From positions 10,433 to 74,432 of the forward strand of contig JALNZF010000013.1 in NCBI GenBank assembly GCA_023229435.1: 64,000 bases of DNA. Reading direction: 5' to 3'. Source of the stretch: Nitrospirota bacterium (GTDB lineage Bacteria; Nitrospirota; UBA9217). The notes below the pieces were generated by a model, which was not told the origin of the DNA, did not search any database, and saw only the letters and a program-made list of their open reading frames with translations. The position numbers and the translations under genes are program-made. Of the stretch, positions 58,693-64,000 are shown one piece after another (positions within the stretch are counted from its first letter, which is position 1; each line of letters opens with the position of its first letter).

Positions 58693-59880
58693 ATGAATAA
58701 AACGATCCTGACATTCCTTGCCCTTCTCTTCCTGTTCGCCTGCGCCAGGCCGCCGGTGACGGTAACGAGGCCGGACAACTCTTTGGCGCGTCTGTCGTCG
58801 TGGCAATCGATCGCGCCTCGTGACGATAGCGGGTTCAAGGATGTCGCCGCTGCAGCTCGCCAGAGCCTGGAGTATTACAAGAAGCTTCCGCAGGACACGG
58901 TGTTCTTTCTGGGGCCTGATAAGGCAAGCACCCTCGACATGGCCGTAACGCTCCAGAACTTTCTCCTTATCGTCGAGAACGATTCATTGACCGCTGATCA
59001 AAAGGTGGAGCGCATCAAGAACGATTTTACGCTCTACCGCGCCGTCGGGTCCGATGGAAACGGCAAGGTGCTCTTCACCGGCTACTATGAGCCGATGCTC
59101 TCCTGCCGTCTTGCTCGTGACGAGACCTTCCGGTTTCCGCTGTATCGAAGACCCGATGATATCATCGAGATCGACCTGACACCGTTTGGGGAGGGGTTCC
59201 TCAGGACCAAGCTCTTCGGCAGGCTTGACAACAGGAAGGTCGTCCCCTATTACTCCCGCGAAGAGATCGACCAGAAAGAGATGCTCGCCGGCAAGGACCT
59301 TGAGATCATGTGGTGCTCCGACATCGTTGACATCCATTTCCTTCAGGTGCAGGGTTCGGGCAAGGTGGACCTGGGTGACGGGAACATCCTGAGCGTATTG
59401 TACGACGGTACGAACGGCTGGCCGTACAAGGGCATCGGCAGATATTTGATCGATACCGGGGCCATGACCAGGGAGAACATGTCCATGCAGGCGATACGGG
59501 AGTATCTGCGGACCCATCCAGACCAGCTCACCACGGTCCTGAACCAGAACCCCAGCTACGTCTTCTTCCGCCTCGACACGGGCCCGTCGATCGGCAATAT
59601 CGGAGTGCCGCTCACGCCGGGCCGGTCCATTGCCACGGACAGCAGGATGTTCCCCAAGGGCGCGTTGGCTTTTATTGCGGCGCAAAAGCCGGTGATCGAG
59701 AACAACGTGATCACGAAATGGGTCCCCTTCTCCCGGTTTGTGCTGAACCAGGACACGGGCGGGGCGATCAAGGGGGCTGGCAGGGCGGACGTGTTCTTCG
59801 GCCACGGTCCGGATGCGGAATTGACCGCGGGCAACCTCCAGCATGAGGGGGAGTTGTATTTTTTGATGAGAAAAAAGTAG
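58693..59880 (+). CDS. mltA: Membrane-bound lytic murein transglycosylase A
   Basis: It belongs to the MltA family (3D domain C-terminus). A lipoprotein signal LFLFAC is present and the start is taken at MNKTILTF. Confidence 0.8.
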   Translation: MNKTILTFLALLFLFACARPPVTVTRPDNSLARLSSWQSIAPRDDSGFKDVAAAARQSLEYYKKLPQDTVFFLGPDKASTLDMAVTLQNFLLIVENDSLTADQKVERIKNDFTLYRAVGSDGNGKVLFTGYYEPMLSCRLARDETFRFPLYRRPDDIIEIDLTPFGEGFLRTKLFGRLDNRKVVPYYSREEIDQKEMLAGKDLEIMWCSDIVDIHFLQVQGSGKVDLGDGNILSVLYDGTNGWPYKGIGRYLIDTGAMTRENMSMQAIREYLRTHPDQLTTVLNQNPSYVFFRLDTGPSIGNIGVPLTPGRSIATDSRMFPKGALAFIAAQKPVIENNVITKWVPFSRFVLNQDTGGAIKGAGRADVFFGHGPDAELTAGNLQHEGELYFLMRKK

Positions 59881-59908
59881 TTAATTGGCGCATTCAATGG
59901 AGTAACCC

Positions 59909-60175
59909 ATGAACGGATGGACAATGACGTCGAGCAGATTTCACGATGAACTGAAGCGGGCGATGATACCGTACCAGGGCAAGCAGCTAACAACGGCTGA
60001 GATAAGCAATATCCTTAAAGGCGTTCCCGGCCTGGCACAGAATGCCCGGTTTATTCAGCCTGCAGATCATTGCAGGAACGTAAAAAATTTCGGGGCATGT
60101 ACGTGCGCGCATACCGACAAGGCGATCTTTGATAAACTGCAACGGGGCTTGTTTCATGTGAGAGAAGTGGAGTAG
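59909..60175 (+). CDS. Hypothetical small protein
   Basis: The ORF is preceded by GGAG. Confidence 0.3.
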   Translation: MNGWTMTSSRFHDELKRAMIPYQGKQLTTAEISNILKGVPGLAQNARFIQPADHCRNVKNFGACTCAHTDKAIFDKLQRGLFHVREVE

Positions 60176-60365
60176 ACTTGGTAGCGGACGAAGACCTCTT
60201 TAAGAAGCAGCTTTCCTCACCAAAGGTGTCAGCGCAAAGCTTCGGACGCGGAAACAGCGATCCAGCCAAATCACATGCACTTAATCCTTGACGAACGATG
60301 AGGTGAGCCGCCGAGCGAAGCGAGGATGGCTCGACTTTCATCGTCAGTAAGATCTGTCCGATGGA

Positions 60366-60866
60366 CTATTTATATCTGCTTGAAGCGCCAGCCGGCAAAA
60401 CAACATTGGATAAATAGTTATCTATCGGTGTCGTCAATAGGGCCGCATTGCTGTAGATGCTGCCATCGCCGATAATGACTTCTCTAGTATCCCCATTGTC
60501 ATACTGAATAGTATAATCTTTGATTCCACCGCCGATAGGAGCTGACCCCTGGCCTGTTTTCACCACCCCATAGACATCAGCCGTCGACAAATCGCTGAGT
60601 AGCTTTGATTCATTTGTTCCATAACTATTAATCGTCCAAGTGCCGGTATTGACCGTCGTCAATGCTGAAAAGCCGGTGCGCACGAAGGTTAATCCAGTCA
60701 GAGAAACGGTATACTTTTCGTCCCAAGCGACATCAGGGGAGACAGAACCTGATGTTTCCCGATAAGTGACATCCGCAACACTTGGCACGTCAGAATTGTG
60801 GCTGCGTGAACATGCTGTCATAAACAACAAAATAGCGACGACGACTTTTAATAATTTGATAAACAT
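60366..60866 (-). CDS. Hypothetical lipoprotein
   Basis: It has a signal peptide and a lipobox (MTAC). Confidence 0.5.
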   Translation of the reverse strand: MFIKLLKVVVAILLFMTACSRSHNSDVPSVADVTYRETSGSVSPDVAWDEKYTVSLTGLTFVRTGFSALTTVNTGTWTINSYGTNESKLLSDLSTADVYGVVKTGQGSAPIGGGIKDYTIQYDNGDTREVIIGDGSIYSNAALLTTPIDNYLSNVVLPAGASSRYK

Positions 60867-61041
60867 AAGTGGCCCTTCTTATCTCAATCAGCCCGTGCTT
60901 ATAGGGGGACGGATTACGGTAGCATAGATTATACGCATGGTTAAAGCGATTTAGGCAATAAACTCGGCTCAAACTTCATGATCAGCCGCCGTAACTGTCT
61001 TATTAAGAATCCTGTCATCCTGTCAAAGACTTTATCTTCCC

Positions 61042-64000
61042 CTACCTTTCCAAAATCCTCCGATACAACTTTTTTGTTTCCTCATCCGGTTCAAGATCCA
61101 CATCCTTACTCAAAGCGCGTTCGCACCGTTCATAGGTCCGGATCGCCTCGCCGCGCCGGGCGTCCGAGTGATATCGCTGCATGAGCCAGCAGCACGCCTT
61201 CTCGTTGCAGGGGTCCGCGGAGAACATCCGCTCGTAGAAGCGCAGCGTCCTGTCCCGGTCGCCGGATGACTCCGCGATCCCGGCCGCTTCCTCGAGCGCC
61301 CGCAGGTAGCGGATGCGCAGGCGGTCCCGCATGGGCGCGGCCCAGTCGCTGTAAAGATCTTCAGGCAAAAAGTCTCCTTCATAGAGGTCGAACGCCTTCT
61401 CGTATTCTCCTACGATGTCTTCTGGTTTCCGGCTTGACTTCATGCGGTCTGTTGCGTCCAGATGGTGAAGCAGCTGCCCGACATCGGTCCGGACCAGTTC
61501 CTTGTTCAGCTTGATGACGCCGTCAGCGTGAAGGATGCAGGATTCGGATCTGCCTGGAACGTTCTTCGGCTCCAGCACCTTCCGCACCCGGTGGAGCATG
61601 CTGTTGAAGGTCGGGCCGAGCGTGTCGGGGTCCATGTCCGGCCAGAGCGTCTCCATGGCGATATCACGCGACACGGCATGCCCGTCCTGGGCAACGAGCA
61701 GTTTGACGAATGTTTTTGCCCGCTTGCTTTTCCACTCGGCATCCCGCACCGGAACCTTTGCCCGCATTGTTCTGAACCCGCCAAGACAATTGATCTCAAG
61801 GAACGGCGTTGTGCCCGAACCGGTCTGGTTGTTGATCAGCCGGTAACAGTAGTCAATACAGATGCCGTGCGCGAGCGCGGCATTCGCCAAACCGGCCAGT
61901 TCCTCCGCATTGAACAGGGCATAGTAGGTGAATCCCCTTTCCTGGCCGATGGAAAACCCTTCGCGCAGGTGCTTGCGCGCGGGATCCATTTTCTTCATCA
62001 TCCCGTAGAGCCGGGCCAGCACGAGATGCGCGTTCGCCTCCTGTTGAGCGGCCCTTATCTGTTGAAGCATCTTGACGGCGATGAGCAGTTCCTTTTCCGC
62101 CTGACGATACTTTTTAAGCTTTACAAGGATCGCGCCGCTCGCGATGAGGTAGATCGCATGGAACAGCTTGCTTCCCGACTGCGTCCGTATTGCCAGGGCA
62201 TAGTCCGATTCTTTTTTTGCCTGGTCGAGCTTATTCTGGAACAGATAGGCGATCGCGAGCAGATGTGCCGCGGACGCGCTGAAAAAGGCATTCTGAGACT
62301 CTTCGCCCTTGCGTTTGCACTCCGTCAGCAGGAGCACGGCGCCGGGGTAGTCTCCCTGGGCGATCTTGAGCCATCCGCCGATGTCAAGGGAGAGAAACAC
62401 CATCGACTCGAGCGCGTGGCTGTCAGCAAGGTCCATGCACTGGTCAAGGCGTTTCCGGGCCCCGGCAAAGTCCCCCGCGAAGAGTGACGTCATGGCCGCC
62501 ACCAGCAGGAGGGCCGCATGACCTCCGGCCTCATCGGGTATGGAAGCGCTCGTCTCAAGTCCTTTGTTGACCGTTTCACCGGCAAGGCGGAAGTCGCCCT
62601 GGTAAAGCGCGCAGGGAGTCAGGTAAATGGCGGTGGTGATCTGATAAAAATGGTCGCCCTGCTTCCGGAACAGATCGAGCGCCTGCCTGAGCGCGTCCGA
62701 GGCCTGCTGAAGCCTGCCGATGAAGAACCACGCCATGCCCATGGCAAGCAGCAGTCTCGCCCGCGCTCCGGGCGACGCGCGTCGGTTCTGTTTGAGGAGC
62801 GCCTGGGCCAGCGCCGCGTCGCGCCCCATGCGCGTAAAGTCGCCGCCCGTGTGGAAGCATGCCTCGATGATGCCGCACATCGAGTACATCATTCCCGCGC
62901 CCCGGGCGCGGTTGAAGGCGGTCCTGCCGCCGCGGAAGCCCTTGAACGCGAGATCGAAGAACGTGAGGGCCGTGCGGGAATCGGTGAACCGGCATGCCAC
63001 GGCGCGGTAGAACAGGAACCACGGCCGGTTCCCGTGTTCGAGCGGAAGCGTTTCGATCCATCGGATCAGCGTCCCCGTCTGGCCGCGCGCGATCATCTCT
63101 TCGCCGCAGGCCTCCATCTGTTTGATGGCCTGGTCGAATTGTCCCGAGGCAAGGGAAAGGTCGATGCTCCGTACCATATCTCCGGATCTTCTGAAGTAGG
63201 CCGCCGCGCGGGTGTACAGTTTTTTCACCTCCGCGGGCCTGGTCTGGGCGATCAGTTTTTTTCTGAGAAACTCGCGGAAGAGCGCGTGGTAGCGGATCGC
63301 GAGGGTATCATCCTCCAGCGCCGTGACGAACAGGTTCCTGTCCCGAAGGTCCTTCACCATCGTTGTAATGGATATCCTGCCCGATGCCGCGGTGCGCGGC
63401 AGGCCGGTCAGCAGTTCGATGAGCGGCACCGGAATAAAATCCACGACCGAGGTCTGGAGCAGGAACCGCTGCATATCCTGCGGAAGGTGCGCGAATACTT
63501 CCTGCGCGAGGTAGTCGAAGACGTGAGTCCGGAACCCCGCCGCGCGCCGGTCGATGAGCGCCAGAGCCCGCGCCCCGGGCGCGAGGGTGGCAAGATATTC
63601 GTGCATCAGCACAAGACCGGCCGGCCAGCCTTCCGCCGTGCTGTTGATAAGCGCCGCCTCGTTCGGGGAGATGTGCATGCTGAAAATGATGCTGAACAGG
63701 TCCTGGACCTCGCTGTCCGTGAACCGGAGGTCATCGCCGACAAGCTCTCCCACGGACTGCGTTGCGCGGAGCTTCGCGATGTCCAGTTCGGGCCTCACCC
63801 GGGAAATGATCATGAACCGGACATGGGGCGGGGTGCGGTCGATCAGCTGTTTCATGAGGTGCGGCAGCATCGGCGAGGACGAGGTAGGGGTGTAATCGTC
63901 GAACACGAGCAGGCCCGGCTTCGGTATGTTCCCGAACGCCTGTTCGATCCAGGCGCCGATGTCCGGGCGGAGGCCGTTGATGCCGTAGCGGTTCAGGGGA
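61042..64000 (-). CDS. Large signal-transduction regulator, 5' end beyond window: MalT-like NTPase + TPR region + C-terminal SARP module (wHTH + BTAD)
   Basis: The Walker B motif LLVFDDY at the window edge keeps the frame open upstream, so the gene continues beyond the window. The C-terminus reads LEINCLGGFR...WKSKRAKTFVKLL (trans_reg_C) followed by EYEKAFDLYEGDFLPED (BTAD). Confidence 0.7.
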   Translation of the reverse strand, partial: PLNRYGINGLRPDIGAWIEQAFGNIPKPGLLVFDDYTPTSSSPMLPHLMKQLIDRTPPHVRFMIISRVRPELDIAKLRATQSVGELVGDDLRFTDSEVQDLFSIIFSMHISPNEAALINSTAEGWPAGLVLMHEYLATLAPGARALALIDRRAAGFRTHVFDYLAQEVFAHLPQDMQRFLLQTSVVDFIPVPLIELLTGLPRTAASGRISITTMVKDLRDRNLFVTALEDDTLAIRYHALFREFLRKKLIAQTRPAEVKKLYTRAAAYFRRSGDMVRSIDLSLASGQFDQAIKQMEACGEEMIARGQTGTLIRWIETLPLEHGNRPWFLFYRAVACRFTDSRTALTFFDLAFKGFRGGRTAFNRARGAGMMYSMCGIIEACFHTGGDFTRMGRDAALAQALLKQNRRASPGARARLLLAMGMAWFFIGRLQQASDALRQALDLFRKQGDHFYQITTAIYLTPCALYQGDFRLAGETVNKGLETSASIPDEAGGHAALLLVAAMTSLFAGDFAGARKRLDQCMDLADSHALESMVFLSLDIGGWLKIAQGDYPGAVLLLTECKRKGEESQNAFFSASAAHLLAIAYLFQNKLDQAKKESDYALAIRTQSGSKLFHAIYLIASGAILVKLKKYRQAEKELLIAVKMLQQIRAAQQEANAHLVLARLYGMMKKMDPARKHLREGFSIGQERGFTYYALFNAEELAGLANAALAHGICIDYCYRLINNQTGSGTTPFLEINCLGGFRTMRAKVPVRDAEWKSKRAKTFVKLLVAQDGHAVSRDIAMETLWPDMDPDTLGPTFNSMLHRVRKVLEPKNVPGRSESCILHADGVIKLNKELVRTDVGQLLHHLDATDRMKSSRKPEDIVGEYEKAFDLYEGDFLPEDLYSDWAAPMRDRLRIRYLRALEEAAGIAESSGDRDRTLRFYERMFSADPCNEKACCWLMQRYHSDARRGEAIRTYERCERALSKDVDLEPDEETKKLYRRILER

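Overview
This 64 kb window of high-GC (~58%) bacterial chromosome has gene content and order typical of an anaerobic Gram-negative, Deltaproteobacteria-like organism. Conserved clusters include lolB-like / ispE / spoVG / tRNA-Gln / prs / rplY / pth / ychF, and tmk / holB / ricT-like / metG / tatD. The window opens inside a 5'-truncated IS transposase gene. It then holds a TPM-LemA pair and an ECF sigma / anti-sigma pair with an adjacent Spy/CpxP-like protein. Next come corA and a two-subunit 2-oxoacid:ferredoxin oxidoreductase (OFOR). A radical SAM/SPASM enzyme carrying an N-terminal PqqD-like RRE sits beside a 20-codon Cys-rich peptide ORF that the ORF track missed; this looks like a RiPP locus. 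An AraC-regulated lipoprotein / TlpA / lipoprotein operon follows. The second half contains the translation/isoprenoid housekeeping block, a TPR lipoprotein, cardiolipin synthase, a TatD-radical SAM fusion, an SMC-like ATPase with a transmembrane hairpin next to tmk, pabB/trpE-like, pirin, a two-component pair, a B12-binding radical SAM, a divergent pgk, an EmrAB-TolC efflux operon, mltA, and a large MalT-like/SARP regulator that runs off the 3' end. Non-coding content is rich. There are at least three families of intergenic palindromic repeat elements present in 2-4 copies each, a 7-mer tandem array, a candidate cobalamin riboswitch, several clean intrinsic terminators, and a small glutaredoxin-like ORF interrupted by an in-frame TGA with a downstream hairpin (candidate selenoprotein). 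Note that the ORF track uses ATG/GTG/TTG starts all rendered as M; many true starts were re-derived internally.
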